A stretch of 64,000 nucleotides of DNA, taken from Eledone cirrhosa. Taxonomy: Eukaryota. The translations under genes were made by a program, and so were the position numbers. This document shows positions 1 through 14,300 of the stretch, piece after piece. The notes below the pieces were generated by a model that did no database searches, was not told where the DNA came from, and saw only the letters and a program-made list of their open reading frames with translations. The stretch lies in contig OZ024758.1 in assembly GCA_964016885.1 (NCBI GenBank), forward strand, positions 36,146,001-36,210,000, read 5' to 3'. Position 1 is the first letter of the stretch; each line of letters starts with the position of its first letter.

Positions 1-3000
1 ATTCATTTAAGTCATGGTACTAGCTGTCAGATGTAACTCCACTGTTGGTGAGAATTCATTTAAGTTCATGGTATTAGCTGTCAGAAGGAACGCCACTGTT
101 GGTGAGAATTCATTTAAATTCATGGTATTAGCTGTCAGAAGTAACTCCACTGTTGGTGAGAATTCATTTAAGTTCATGGTACTAGCTGTCAGAAGTAACT
201 CCAATGTTGGTGAGAATTCATTTAAGTTCATGGTATTAGCTGTCAGAAGTAACTCCACTGTTGGTGAGAATTCATTTAAGTTCATGGTATTAGCTGTCAG
301 AAGTCACTCCAATGTTGGTGAGAATTCATTTAAGTCATGGTATTAGCTGTCAGAAGTAACTCCACTGTTGGTGAGAATTCATTTAAGTTCATTGTATTAG
401 CTGTCAGAAGGAACGCCACTGTTGGTGAGAATTCATTTAAGTTCATGGTATTAGCTGTCAGAAGTAACTCCACTGTTGGTGAGAATTCATTTAAGTTCAT
501 GGTACTAGCTGTCAGAAGTAACTCCAATGTTGGTGAGAATTCATTTAAGTTCATGGTATTAGCTGTCAGAAGTCACTCCACTGTTGGTAAGAATTCATTT
601 AAGTTCATGGTATTAGCTGTCAGAAGGAACGCCACTGTTGGTGAGAATTCATTTAAGTTCATGGTATTAGCTGTCAGAAGTAACTCCACTGTTGGTGAGA
701 ATTCATTTAAGTTCATGGTACTAGCTGTCAGAAGTAACTCCACTGTTGGTGAGAATTCATTTAAGTTCATGGTATTAGCTGTCAGAAGTCACTCCAATGT
801 TGGTGAGAATTCATTTAAGTTCATGGTATTAGCTGTCAGAAGTCACTCCACTGTTGGTGAGAATTCATTTAAGTTCATGGTACTAGCTGTCAGAAGTAAC
901 CCCAATGTTGGTGAGAATTCATTTAAGTTCATGGTATTAGCTGTCAGAAGTCACTCCAATGTTGGTGAGAATTCATTTAAGTTCATGGTATTAGCTGTCA
1001 GAAGTAACTCCACTGTTGGTGAGAATTCATTTAAGTTCATGGTATTAGCTGTCAGAAGTAACTCCACTGTTGGTGAGAATTCATTTAAGTTCATGGTATT
1101 AGCTGTCAGAAGTAACTCCACTGTTGGTGAGAATTCATTTAAGTCATGGTATTAGCTGTCAGAAGTAACTCCAATGTTGGTGAGAATTCATTTAAGTTCA
1201 TGGTATTAGCTGTCAGAAGTCACTCCACTGTTGGTGAGAATTCATTTAAGTTCATGGTACTAGCTGTCAGAAGTAACCCCAATGTTGGTGAGAATTCATT
1301 TAAGTTCATGGTATTAGCTGTCAGAAGTCACTCCAATGTTGGTGAGAATTCATTTAAGTTCATGGTATTAGCTGTCAGAAGTAACTCCACTGTTGGTGAG
1401 AATTCATTTAAGTTCATGGTATTAGCTGTCAGAAGTAACTCCACTGTTGGTGAGAATTCATTTAAGTTCATGGTATTAGCTGTCAGAAGTCACTCCAATG
1501 TTGGTGAGAATTCATTTAAGTTCATGGTATTAGCTGTCAGAAGTCACTCCAATGTTGGTGAGAATTCATTTAAGTTCATGGTATTAGCTGTCAGAAGTCA
1601 CTCCAATGTTGGTGAGAATTCATTTAAGTTCATGGTATTAGCTGTCAGAAGTAACTCCACTGTTGGTGAGAATTCATTTAAGTTCATGGTATTAGCTGTC
1701 AGAAGTAACTCCACTGTTGGTGAGAATTCATTTAAGTTCATGGTATTAGCTGTCAGAAGTCACTCCACTGTTGGTGAGAATTCATTTAAGTTCATGGTAC
1801 TAGCTGTCAGAAGTAACCCCAATGTTGGTGAGAATTCATTTAAGTTCATGGTATTAGCTGTCAGAAGTCACTCCAATGTTGGTGAGAATTCATTTAAGTT
1901 CATGGTATTAGCTGTCAGAAGTAACTCCACTGTTGGTGAGAATTCATTTAAGTCATGGTATTAGCTGTCAGAAGTAACTCCAATGTTGGTGAGAATTCAT
2001 TTATGTTCATGGTATTAGCTGTCAGAAGTCACTCCACTGTTGGTGAGAATTCATTTAAGTTCATGGTACTAGCTGTCAGAAGTAACCCCAATGTTGGTGA
2101 GAATTCATTTAAGTTCATGGTATTAGCTGTCAGAAGGAACTCCACTGTTGGTGAGAATTCATTTAAGTTCATGGTATTAGCTGTCAGAAGGAACTCCAAT
2201 GTTGGTGAGAATTCATTTAAGTCATGGTACTAGCTGTCAGATGTAACTCCACTGTTGGTGAGAATTCATTTAAGTTCATGGTATTAGCTGTCAGAAGGAA
2301 CGCCACTGTTGGTGAGAATTCATTTAAATTCATGGTATTAGCTGTCAGAAGTAACTCCACTGTTGGTGAGAATTCATTTAAGTTCATGGTACTAGCTGTC
2401 AGAAGTAACTCCAATGTTGGTGAGAATTCATTTAAGTTCATGGTATTAGCTGTCAGAGGTAACTCCACTGTTGGTGAGAATTCATTTAAGTTCATGGTAT
2501 TAGCTGTCAGAAGTCACTCCAATGTTGGTGAGAATTCATTTAAGTCATGGTATTAGCTGTCAGAAGTAACTCCACTGTTGGTGAGAATTCATTTAAGTTC
2601 ATTGTATTAGCTGTCAGAAGGAACGCCACTGTTGGTGAGAATTCATTTAAGTTCATGGTATTAGCTGTCAGAAGTAACTCCACTGTTGGTGAGAATTCAT
2701 TTAAGTTCATGGTACTAGCTGTCAGAAGTAACTCCAATGTTGGTGAGAATTCATTTAAGTTCATGGTATTAGCTGTCAGAAGTCACTCCACTGTTGGTAA
2801 GAATTCATTTAAGTTCATGGTATTAGCTGTCAGAAGGAACGCCACTGTTGGTGAGAATTCATTTAAGTTCATGGTATTAGCTGTCAGAAGTAACTCCACT
2901 GTTGGTGAGAATTCATTTAAGTTCATGGTACTAGCTGTCAGAAGTAACTCCACTGTTGGTGAGAATTCATTTAAGTTCATGGTATTAGCTGTCAGAAGTC

Positions 3001-3700
3001 ACTCCAATGTTGGTGAGAATTCATTTAAGTTCATGGTATTAGCTGTCAGAAGTCACTCCACTGTTGGTGAGAATTCATTTAAGTTCATGGTACTAGCTGT
3101 CAGAAGTAACCCCAATGTTGGTGAGAATTCATTTAAGTTCATGGTATTAGCTGTCAGAAGTCACTCCAATGTTGGTGAGAATTCATTTAAGTTCATGGTA
3201 TTAGCTGTCAGAAGTAACTCCACTGTTGGTGAGAATTCATTTAAGTTCATGGTATTAGCTGTCAGAAGTAACTCCACTGTTGGTGAGAATTCATTTAAGT
3301 TCATGGTATTAGCTGTCAGAAGTAACTCCACTGTTGGTGAGAATTCATTTAAGTCATGGTATTAGCTGTCAGAAGTAACTCCAATGTTGGTGAGAATTCA
3401 TTTAAGTTCATGGTATTAGCTGTCAGAAGTCACTCCACTGTTGGTGAGAATTCATTTAAGTTCATGGTACTAGCTGTCAGAAGTAACCCCAATGTTGGTG
3501 AGAATTCATTTAAGTTCATGGTATTAGCTGTCAGAAGTCACTCCAATGTTGGTGAGAATTCATTTAAGTTCATGGTATTAGCTGTCAGAAGTAACTCCAC
3601 TGTTGGTGAGAATTCATTTAAGTTCATGGTATTAGCTGTCAGAAGTAACTCCACTGTTGGTGAGAATTCATTTAAGTTCATGGTATTAGCTGTCAGAAGT
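1..3700 (+). repeat. Higher-order duplication, offset 2210 bp (41 monomers): 1-~1490 repeated at 2211-~3700
   Basis: Same variant order and deletion junctions at 14/2224, 337/2547 and 1146/3356. Shared rare variants agatgtaac (31/2241), ttcattgta (391/2601) and ggtaag (~587/~2797). One visible difference (agaggt near 2458). Confidence 0.9.
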
Positions 3701-4002
3701 AACTCCACTGTTGGTGAGAATTCATTTAAGTTCATGGTATTAGCTGTCAGAAGGAACTCCAATGTTGGTGAGAATTCATTTAAGTCATGGTACTAGCTGT
3801 CAGAAGTAACTCCACTGTTGGTGAGAATTCATTTAAGTTCATGGTATTAGCTGTCAGAAGGAACGCCACTGTTGGTGAGAATTCATTTAAATTCATGGTA
3901 TTAGCTGTCAGAAGTAACTCCACTGTTGGGGAGAATTCATTTAAGTTCATTGTATTAGCTGTCAGAAGGAACGCCACTGTTGGTGAGAATTCATTTAAGT
4001 TC

Positions 4003-4650
4003 ATGGTATTAGCTGTCAGAAGTAACTCCACTGTTGGTGAGAATTCATTTAAGTTCATGGTACTAGCTGTCAGAAGTAACTCCAATGTTGGTGAGAATTC
4101 ATTTAAGTTCATGGTATTAGCTGTCAGAAGGAACTCCACTGTTGCTGAGAATTCATTTAAGTTCATGGTATTAGCTGTCAGAAGTAACTCCACTGTTGGT
4201 GAGAATTCATTTAAGTTCATGGTACTAGCTGTCAGATGTCACTCCACTGTTGGTGAGAATACATTTAAGTTCATGGTACTAGCTGTCAGAAGTAACCCCA
4301 ATGTTGGTGAGAATTCATTTAAGTTCATGGTATTAGCTGTCAGAAGTAACTCCACTGTTGGTGAGAATTCATTTAAGTTCATGGTACTAGCTGTCAGAAG
4401 TAACTCCAATGTTGGTGAGAATTCATTTAAGTTCATGGTATTAGCTGTCAGAAGGAACTCCACTGTTGCTGAGAATTCATTTAAGTTCATGGTATTAGCT
4501 GTCAGAAGTAACTCCACTGTTGGTGAGAATTCATTTAAGTTCATGGTACTAGCTGTCAGAAGTCACTCCACTGTTGGTGAGAATACATTTAAGTTCATGG
4601 TACTAGCTGTCAGAAGTAACCCCAATGTTGGTGAGAATTCATTTAAGTTC
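4003..4650 (+). repeat. Tandem hexamer duplication (2 x 324 bp)
   Basis: A six-monomer series containing gttgct and gaatac variants and ending in the cccaat monomer occurs twice. The same doublet recurs near 6700, 12146, 15598 and 17540. Confidence 0.8.
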
Positions 4651-7600
4651 ATGGTATTAGCTGTCAGAAGTCACTCCAATGTTGGTGAGAATTCATTTAA
4701 GTTCATGGTATTAGCTGTCAGAAGTAACTCCACTGTTGGTAAGAGTTCATTTAAGTTCATGGTATTAGCTGTCAGAAGTAACTCCACTGTTGGTGAGAAT
4801 TCATTTAAGTTCATGGTATTAGCTGTCAGAAGTAACTCCACTGTTGGTGAGAATTCATTTAAGTTCATGGTATTAGCTGTCAGAAGGAACGCCACTGTTG
4901 GTGAGAATTCATTTAAATTCATGGTATTAGCTGTCAGAAGTAACTCCACTGTTGGTGAGAATTCATTTAAGTTCATGGTACTAGCTGTCAGAAGTAACTC
5001 CAATGTTGGTGAGAATTCATTTAAGTTCATGGTATTAGCTGTCAGAAGTAACTCCACTGTTGGTGAGAATTCATTTAAGTTCATGGTATTAGCTGTCAGA
5101 AGTCACTCCAATGTTGGTGAGAATTCATTTAAGTCATGGTACTAGCTGTCAGAAGTAACTCCACTGTTGGTGAGAATTCATTTAAGTTCATTGTATTAGC
5201 TGTCAGAAGGAACGCCACTGTTGGTGAGAATTCATTTAAGTTCATGGTATTAGCTGTCAGAAGTAACTCCACTGTTGGTGAGAATTCATTTAAGTTCATG
5301 GTACTAGCTGTCAGAAGTAACTCCAATGTTGGTGAGAATTCATTTAAGTTCATGGTATTAGCTGTCAGAAGTCACTCCAATGTTGGTGAGAATTCATTTA
5401 AGTTCATGGTATTAGCTGTCAGAAGTCACTCCACTGTTGGTAAGAATTCATTTAAGTTCATGGTATTAGCTGTCAGAAGTAACTCCACTGTTGGTGAGAA
5501 TTCATTTAAGTTCATGGTATTAGCTGTCAGAAGGAACGCCACTGTTGGTGAGAATTCATTTAAGTTCATGGTATTAGCTGTCAGAAGTAACTCCACTGTT
5601 GGTGAGAATTCATTTAAGTTCATGGTACTAGCTGTCAGAAGTAACTCCACTGTTGGTGAGAATTCATTTAAGTTCATGGTATTAGCTGTCAGAAGTCACT
5701 CCAATGTTGGTGAGAATTCATTTAAGTTCATGGTATTAGCTGTCAGAAGTCACTCCACTGTTGGTGAGAATTCATTTAAGTTCATGGTACTAGCTGTCAG
5801 AAGTAACCCCAATGTTGGTGAGAATTCATTTAAGTTCATGGTATTAGCTGTCAGAAGTCACTCCAATGTTGGTGAGAATTCATTTAAGTTCATGGTATTA
5901 GCTGTTAGAAGTAACTCCACTGTTGGTGAGAATTCATTTAAGTTCATGGTATTAGCTGTCAGAAGTAACTCCACTGTTGGTGAGAATTCATTTAAGTTCA
6001 TGGTATTAGCTGTCAGAAGTAACTCCACTGTTGGTGAGAATTCATTTAAGTCATGGTATTAGCTGTCAGAAGTAACTCCAATGTTGGTGAGAATTCATTT
6101 AAGTTCATGGTATTAGCTGTCAGAAGTCACTCCACTGTTGGTGAGAATTCATTTAAGTTCATGGTACTAGCTGTCAGAAGTAACCCCAATGTTGGTGAGA
6201 ATTCATTTAAGTTCATGGTATTAGCTGTCAGAAGTCACTCCAATGTTGGTGAGAATTCATTTAAGTTCATGGTATTAGCTGTCAGAAGTAACTCCACTGT
6301 TGGTGAGAATTCATTTAAGTTCATGGTATTAGCTGTCAGAAGTAACTCCACTGTTGGTGAGAATTCATTTAAGTTCATGGTATTAGCTGTCAGAAGTAAC
6401 TCCACTGTTGGTGAGAATTCATTTAAGTTCATGTTATTAGCTGTCAGAAGGAACTCCAATGTTGGTGAGAATTCATTTAAGTCATGGTACTAGCTGTCAG
6501 AAGTAACTCCACTGTTGGTGAGAATTCATTTAAGTTCATGGTATTAGCTGTCAGAAGGAACGCCACTGTTGGTGAGAATTCATTTAAATTCATGGTATTA
6601 GCTGTCAGAAGTAACTCCACTGTTGGTGAGTATTCATTTAAGTTCATTGTATTAGCTGTCAGAAGGAACGCCACTGTTGGTGAGAATTCATTTAAGTTCA
6701 TGGTATTAGCTGTCAGAAGTAACTCCACTGTTGGTGAGAATTCATTTAAGTTCATGGTACTAGCTGTCAGAAGTAACTCCAATGTTGGTGAGAATTCATT
6801 TAAGTTCATGGTATTAGCTGTCAGAAGGAACTCCACTGTTGCTGAGAATTCATTTAAGTTCATGGTATTAGCTGTCAGAAGTAACTCCACTGTTGGTGAG
6901 AATTCATTTAAGTTCATGGTACTAGCTGTCAGAAGTCACTCCACTGTTGGTGAGAATACATTTAAGTTCATGGTACTAGCTGTCAGAAGTAACCCCAATG
7001 TTGGTGAGAATTCATTTAAGTTCATGGTATTAGCTGTCAGAAGTAACTTCACTGTTGGTGAGAATTCATTTAAGTTCATGGTACTAGCTGTCAGAAGTAA
7101 CTCCAATGTTGGTGAGAATTCATTTAAGTTCATGGTATTAGCTGTCAGAAGGAACTCCACTGTTGCTGAGAATTCATTTAAGTTCATGGTATTTGCTGTC
7201 AGAAGTAACTCCACTGTTGGTGAGAATTCATTTAAGTTCATGGTACTAGCTGTCAGAAGTCACTCCACTGTTGGTGAGAATACATTTAAGTTCATGGTAC
7301 TAGCTGTCAGAAGTAACTCCAATGTTGGTGAGAATTCATTTAAGTTCATGGTATTAGCTGTCAGAAGTCACTCCAATGTTGGTGAGAATTCATTTAAGTT
7401 CATGGTATTAGCTGTCAGAAGTAACTCCACTGTTGGTAAGAATTCATTTAAGTTCATGGTATTAGCTGTCAGAAGTAACTCCACTGTTGGTGAGAATTCA
7501 TTTAAGTTCATGGTATTAGCTGTCAGAAGGAACGCCACTGTTGGTGAGAATTCATTTAAGTTCATGGTATTAGCTGTCAGAAGTAACTCCACTGTTGGTG

Positions 7601-10600
7601 AGAATTCATTTAAGTTCATGGTACTAGCTGTCAGAAGTAACTCCACTGTTGGTGAGAATTCATTTAAGTTCATGGTATTAGCTGTCAGAAGTCACTCCAA
7701 TGTTGGTGAGAATTCATTTAAGTTCATGGTATTAGCTGTCAGAAGTCACTCCACTGTTGGTGAGAATTCATTTAAGTTCATGGTACTAGCTGTCAGAAGT
7801 AACCCCAATGTTGGTGAGAATTCATTTAAGTTCATGGTATTAGCTGTCAGAAGTCACTCCAATGTTGGTGAGAATTCATTTAAGTTCATGGTATTAGCTG
7901 TCAGAAGTCACTCCAATGTTGGTGAGAATTCATTTAAGTTCATGGTATTAGCTGTCAGAAGTCACTCCAATGTTGGTGAGAATTCATTTAAGTTCATGGT
8001 ATTAGCTGTCAGAAGTAACTCCACTGTTGGTGAGAATTCATTTAAGTTCATGGTATTAGCTGTCAGAAGTAACTCCACTGTTGGTGAGAATTCATTTAAG
8101 TTCATGGTATTAGCTGTCAGAAGTCACTCCACTGTTGGTGAGAATTCATTTAAGTTCATGGTACTAGCTGTCAGAAGTAACCCCAATGTTGGTGAGAATT
8201 CATTTAAGTTCATGGTATTAGCTGTCAGAAGTCACTCCAATGTTGGTGAGAATTCATTTAAGTTCATGGTATTAGCTGTCAGAAGTAACTCCACTGTTGG
8301 TGAGAATTCATTTAAGTCATGGTATTAGCTGTCAGAAGTAACTCCAATGTTGGTGAGAATTCATTTAAGTTCATGGTATTAGCTGTCAGAAGTCACTCCA
8401 CTGTTGGTGAGAATTCATTTAAGTTCATGGTACTAGCTGTCAGAAGTAACCCCAATGTTGGTGAGAATTCATTTAAGTTCATGGTATTAGCTGTCAGAAG
8501 TCACTCCAATGTTGGTGAGAATTCATTTAAGTTCATGGTATTAGCTGTCAGAAGTAACTCCACTGTTGGTGAGAATTCATTTAAGTTCATGGTATTAGCT
8601 GTCAGAAGTAACTCCACTGTTGGTGAGAATTCATTTAAGTTCATGGTATTAGCTGTCAGAAGTAACTCCACTGTTGGTGAGAATTCATTTAAGTCATGGT
8701 ATTAGCTGTCAGAAGTAACTCCAATGTTGGTGAGAATTCATTTAAGTTCATGGTATTAGCTGTCAGAAGTCACTCCACTGTTGGTGAGAATTCATTTAAG
8801 TTCATGGTACTAGCTGTCAGAAGTAACCCCAATGTTGGTGAGAATTCATTTAAGTTCATGGTATTAGCTGTCAGAAGTCACTCCAATGTTGGTGAGAATT
8901 CATTTAAGTTCATGGTATTAGCTGTCAGAAGTAACTCCACTGTTGGTGAGAATTCATTTAAGTTCATGGTATTAGCTGTCAGAAGTAACTCCACTGTTGG
9001 TGAGAATTCATTTAAGTTCATGGTATTAGCTGTCAGAAGTAACTCCACTGTTGGTGAGAATTCATTTAAGTTCATGGTATTAGCTGTCAGAAGGAACTCC
9101 AATGTTGGTGAGAATTCATTTAAGTCATGGTACTAGCTGTCAGAAGTAACTGCACTGTTGGTGAGAATTCATTTAAGTTCATGGTATTAGCTGTCAGAAG
9201 GAACGCCACTGTTGGTGAGAATTCATTTAAATTCATGGTATTAGCTGTCAGAAGTAACTCCACTGTTGGTGAGAATTCATTTAAGTTCATGGTACTAGCT
9301 GTCAGAAGTAACTCCACTGTTGGTGAGAATTCATTTAAGTTCATGGTACTAGCTGTCAGAAGTAACTCCACTGTTGGTGAGAATTCATTTAAGTTCATGG
9401 TATTAGCTGTCAGAAGTCACTCCAATGTTGGTGAGAATTCATTTAAGTTCATGGTATTAGCTGTCAGAAGTCACTCCACTGTTGGTGAGAATTCATTTAA
9501 GTCATGGTATTAGCTGTCAGAAGTAACTCCAATGTTGGTGAGAATTCATTTAAGTTCATGGTATTAGCTGTCAGAAGTCACTCCACTGTTGGTGAGAATT
9601 CATTTAAGTTCATGGTACTAGCTGTCAGAAGTAACCCCAATGTTGGTGAGAATTCATTTAAGTTCATGGTATTAACTGTCAGAAGTCACTCCAATGTTGG
9701 TGAGAATTCATTTAAGTTCATGGTATTAGCTGTCAGAAGTAACTCCACTGTTGGTGAGAATTCATTTAAGTTCATGGTATTAGCTGTCAGAAGTAACTCC
9801 ACTGTTGGTGAGAATTCATTTAAGTTCATGGTATTAGCTGTCAGAAGGAACGCCACTGTTGGTGAGAATTCATTTAAATTCATGGTATTAGCTGTCAGAA
9901 GTAACTCCACTGTTGGTGAGAATTCATTTAAGTTCATGGTACTAGCTGTCAGAAGTAACTCCAATGTTGGTGAGAATTCATTTAAGTTCATGGTATTAGC
10001 TGTCAGAAGGAATTCCACTGTTGCTGAGAATTCATTTAAGTTCATGGTATTAGCTGTCAGAAGTAACTCCACTGTTGGTGAGAATTCATTTAAGTTCATG
10101 GTACTAGCTGTCAGAAGTAACTCCACTGTTGGTGAGAATTCATTTAAGTTCATGGTATTAGCTGTCAGAAGTCACTCCACTGTTGGTGAGAATTCATTTA
10201 AGTTCATGGTACTAGCTGTCAGAAGTAACCCCAATGTTGGTGAGAATTCATTTAAGTTCATGGTATTAGCTGTCAGAAGTCACTCCAATGTTGGTGAGAA
10301 TTCATTTAAGTTCATGGTATTAGCTGTCAGAAGTAACTCCACTGTTGGTGAGAATTCATTTAAGTTCATGGTATTAGTTTGTCAGAAGTAACTCCACTGT
10401 TGGTGAGAATTCATTTAAGTCATGGTATTAGTTGTCAGAAGTAACTCCAATGTTGGTGAGAATTCATTTAAGTTCATGGTATTAGCTGTCAGAAGGAACT
10501 CCACTGTTGGTGAGAATTCATTTAAGTTCATGGTATTAGCTGTCAGAAGGAACTCCAATGTTGGTGAGAATTCATTTAAGTCATGGTACTAGCTGTCAGA

Positions 10601-11336
10601 TGTAACTCCACTGTTGGTGAGAATTCATTTAAGTTCATGGTATTAGCTGTCAGAAGGAACGCCACTGTTGGTGAGAATTCATTTAAATTCATGGTATTAG
10701 CTGTCAGAAGTAACTCCACTGTTGGTGAGAATTCATTTAAGTTCATGGTACTAGCTGTCAGAAGTAACTCCAATGTTGGTGAGAATTCATTTAAGTTCAT
10801 GGTATTAGCTGTCAGAAGTAACTCCACTGTTGGTGAGAATTCATTTAAGTTCATGGTATTAGCTGTCAGAAGTCACTCCAATGTTGGTGAGAATTCATTT
10901 AAGTCATGGTACTAGCTGTCAGAAGTAACTCCACTGTTGGTGAGAATTCATTTAAGTTCATTGTATTAGCTGTCAGAAGGAACGCCACTGTTGGTGAGAA
11001 TTCATTTAAGTTCATGGTATTAGCTGTCAGAAGTAACTCCACTGTTGGTGAGAATTCATTTAAGTTCATGGTACTAGCTGTCAGAAGTAACTCCAATGTT
11101 GGTGAGAATTCATTTAAGTTCATGGTACTAGCTGTCAGAAGTAACTCCACTGTTGGTGAGAATTCATTTAAGTTCATGGTATTAGCTGTCAGAAGTCACT
11201 CCAATGTTGGTGAGAATTCATTTAAGTTCATGGTATTAGCTGTCAGAAGTCACTCCACTGTTGGTGAGAATTCATTTAAGTTCATGGTACTAGCTGTCAG
11301 AAGTAACCCCAATGTTGGTGAGAATTCATTTAAGTT

Positions 11337-14300
11337 CATGGTATTAGCTGTCAGAAGTAACTCCACTGTTGGTGAGAATTCATTTAAGTTCATGGTATTA
11401 GCTGTCAGAAGTAACTCCACTGTTGGTGAGAATTCATTTAAGTTCATGGTATTAGCTGTCAGAAGTAACTCCACTGTTGGTGAGAATTCATTTAAGTCAT
11501 GGTATTAGCTGTCAGAAGTAACTCCAATGTTGGTGAGAATTCATTTAAGTTCATGGTATTAGCTGTCAGAAGTCACTCCACTGTTGGTGAGAATTCATTT
11601 AAGTTCATGGTACTAGCTGTCAGAAGTAACCCCAATGTTGGTGAGAATTCATTTAAGTTCATGGTATTAGCTGTCAGAAGTCACTCCAATGTTGGTGAGA
11701 ATTCATTTAAGTTCATGGTATTAGCTGTCAGAAGTAACTCCACTGTTGGTGAGAATTCATTTAAGTTCATGGTATTAGCTGTCAGAAGTAACTCCACTGT
11801 TGGTGAGAATTCATTTAAGTTCATGGTATTAGCTGTCAGAAGTAACTCCACTGTTGGTGAGAATTCATTTAAGTTCATGGTATTAGCTGTCAGAAGGAAC
11901 TCCAATGTTGGTGAGAATTCATTTAAGTCATGGTACTAGCTGTCAGAAGTAACTCCACTGTTGGTGAGAATTCATTTAAGTTCATGGTATTAGCTGTCAG
12001 AAGGAACGCCACTGTTGGTGAGAATTCATTTAAATTCATGGTATTAGCTGTCAGAAGTAACTCCACTGTTGGGGAGAATTCATTTAAGTTCATTGTATTA
12101 GCTGGCAGAAGGAACGCCACTGTTGGTGAGAATTCATTTAAGTTCATGGTATTAGCTGTCAGAAGTAACTCCACTGTTGGTGAGAATTCATTTAAGTTCA
12201 TGGTACTAGCTGTCAGAAGTAACTCCAATGTTGGTGAGAATTCATTTAAGTTCATGGTATTAGCTGTCAGAAGGAACTCCACTGTTGCTGAGAATTCATT
12301 TAAGTTCATGGTATTAGCTGTCAGAAGTAACTCCACTGTTGGTGAGAATTCATTTAAGTTCATGGTACTAGCTGTCAGATGTCACTCCACTGTTGGTGAG
12401 AATACATTTAAGTTCATGGTACTAGCTGTCAGAAGTAACCCCAATGTTGGTGAGAATTCATTTAAGTTCATTGTATTAGCTGTCAGAAGTAACTCCACTG
12501 TTGGTGAGAATTCATTTAAGTTCATGGTACTAGCTGTCAGAAGTAACTCCAATGTTGGTGAGAATTCATTTAAGTTCATGGTATTAGCTGTCAGAAGGAA
12601 CTCCACTGTTGCTGAGAATTCATTTAAGTTCATGGTATTAGCTGTCAGAAGTAACTCCACTGTTGGTGAGAATTCATTTAAGTTCATGGTACTAGCTGTC
12701 AGAAGTCACTCCACTGTTGGTGAGAATACATTTAAGTTCATGGTACTAGCTGTCAGAAGTAACCCCAATGTTGGTGAGAATTCATTTAAGTTCATGGTAT
12801 TAGCTGTCAGAAGTCACTCCAATGTTGGTGAGAATTCATTTAAGTTCATGGTATTAGCTGTCAGAAGTAACTCCACTGTTGGTAAGAATTCATTTAAGTT
12901 CATGGTATTAGCTGTCAGAAGTAACTCCACTGTTGGTGAGAATTCATTTAAGTTCATGGTATTAGCTGTCAGAAGTAACTCCACTGTTGGTGAGAATTCA
13001 TTTAAGTTCATGGTACTAGCTGTCAGAAGTAACTCCACTGTTGGTGAGAATTCATTTAAGTTCATGGTATTAGCTGTCAGAAGTCACTCCAATGTTGGTG
13101 AGAATTCATTTAAGTTCATGGTATTAGCTGTCAGAAGTCACTCCACTGTTGGTGAGAATTCATTTAAGTTCATGGTACTAGCTGTCAGAAGTAACCCCAA
13201 TGTTGGTGAGAATTCATTGAAGTTCATGGTATTAGCTGTCAGAAGTCACTCCAATGTTGGTGAGAATTCATTTAAGTTCATGGTATTAGCTGTCAGAAGT
13301 AACTCCACTGTTGGTGAGAATTCATTTAAGTTCATGGTATTAGCTGTCAGAAGTAACTCCACTGTTGGTGAGAATTCATTTAAGTTCATGGTATTAGCTG
13401 TCAGAAGTAACTCCACTGTTGGTGAGAATTCATTTAAGTCATGGTATTAGCTGTCAGAAGTAACTCCAATGTTGGTGAGAATTCATTTAAGTTCATGGTA
13501 TTAGCTGTCAGAAGTCACTCCACTGTTGGTGAGAATTCATTTAAGTTCATGGTACTAGCTGTCAGAAGTAACCCCAATGTTGGTGAGAATTCATTTAAGT
13601 TCATGGTATTAGCTGTCAGAAGTCACTCCAATGTTGGTGAGAATTCATTTAAGTTCATGGTATTAGCTGTCAGAAGTAACTCCACTGTTGGTGAGAATTC
13701 ATTTAAGTTCATGGTATTAGCTGTCAGAAGTAACTCCACTGTTGGTGAGAATTCATTTAAGTTCATGGTATTAGCTGTCAGAAGTAACTCCACTGTTGGT
13801 GAGAATTCATTTAAGTTCATGGTATTAGCTGTCAGAAGGAACTCCAATGTTGGTGAGAATTCATTTAAGTCATGGTACTAGCTGTCAGAAGTAACTCCAC
13901 TGTTGGTGAGAATTCATTTAAGTTCATGGTATTAGCTGTCAGAAGGAACGCCACTGTTGGTGAGAATTCATTTAAATTCATGGTATTAGCTGTCAGAAGT
14001 AACTCCACTGTTGGTGAGAATTCATTTAAGTTCATTGTATTAGCTGTCAGAAGGAACGCCACTGTTGGTGAGAATTCATTTAAGTTCATGGTATTAGCTG
14101 TCAGAAGTAACTCCACTGTTGGTGAGAATTCATTTAAGTTCATGGTACTAGCTGTCAGAAGTAACTCCAATGTTGGTGAGAATTCATTTAAGTTCATTGT
14201 ATTAGCTGTCAGAAGGAACGCCACTGTTGGTGAGAATTCATTTAAGTTCATGGTATTAGCTGTCAGAAGTAACTCCACTGTTGGTGAGAATTCATTTAAG

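Noticed and set aside
327-346. Programmed -1 frameshift or translational coupling at the overlapping ORF junctions (tttaagtcatgg)
   Set aside because: The overlaps follow automatically from a 1-bp genomic deletion in a periodic sequence; nothing indicates translation.
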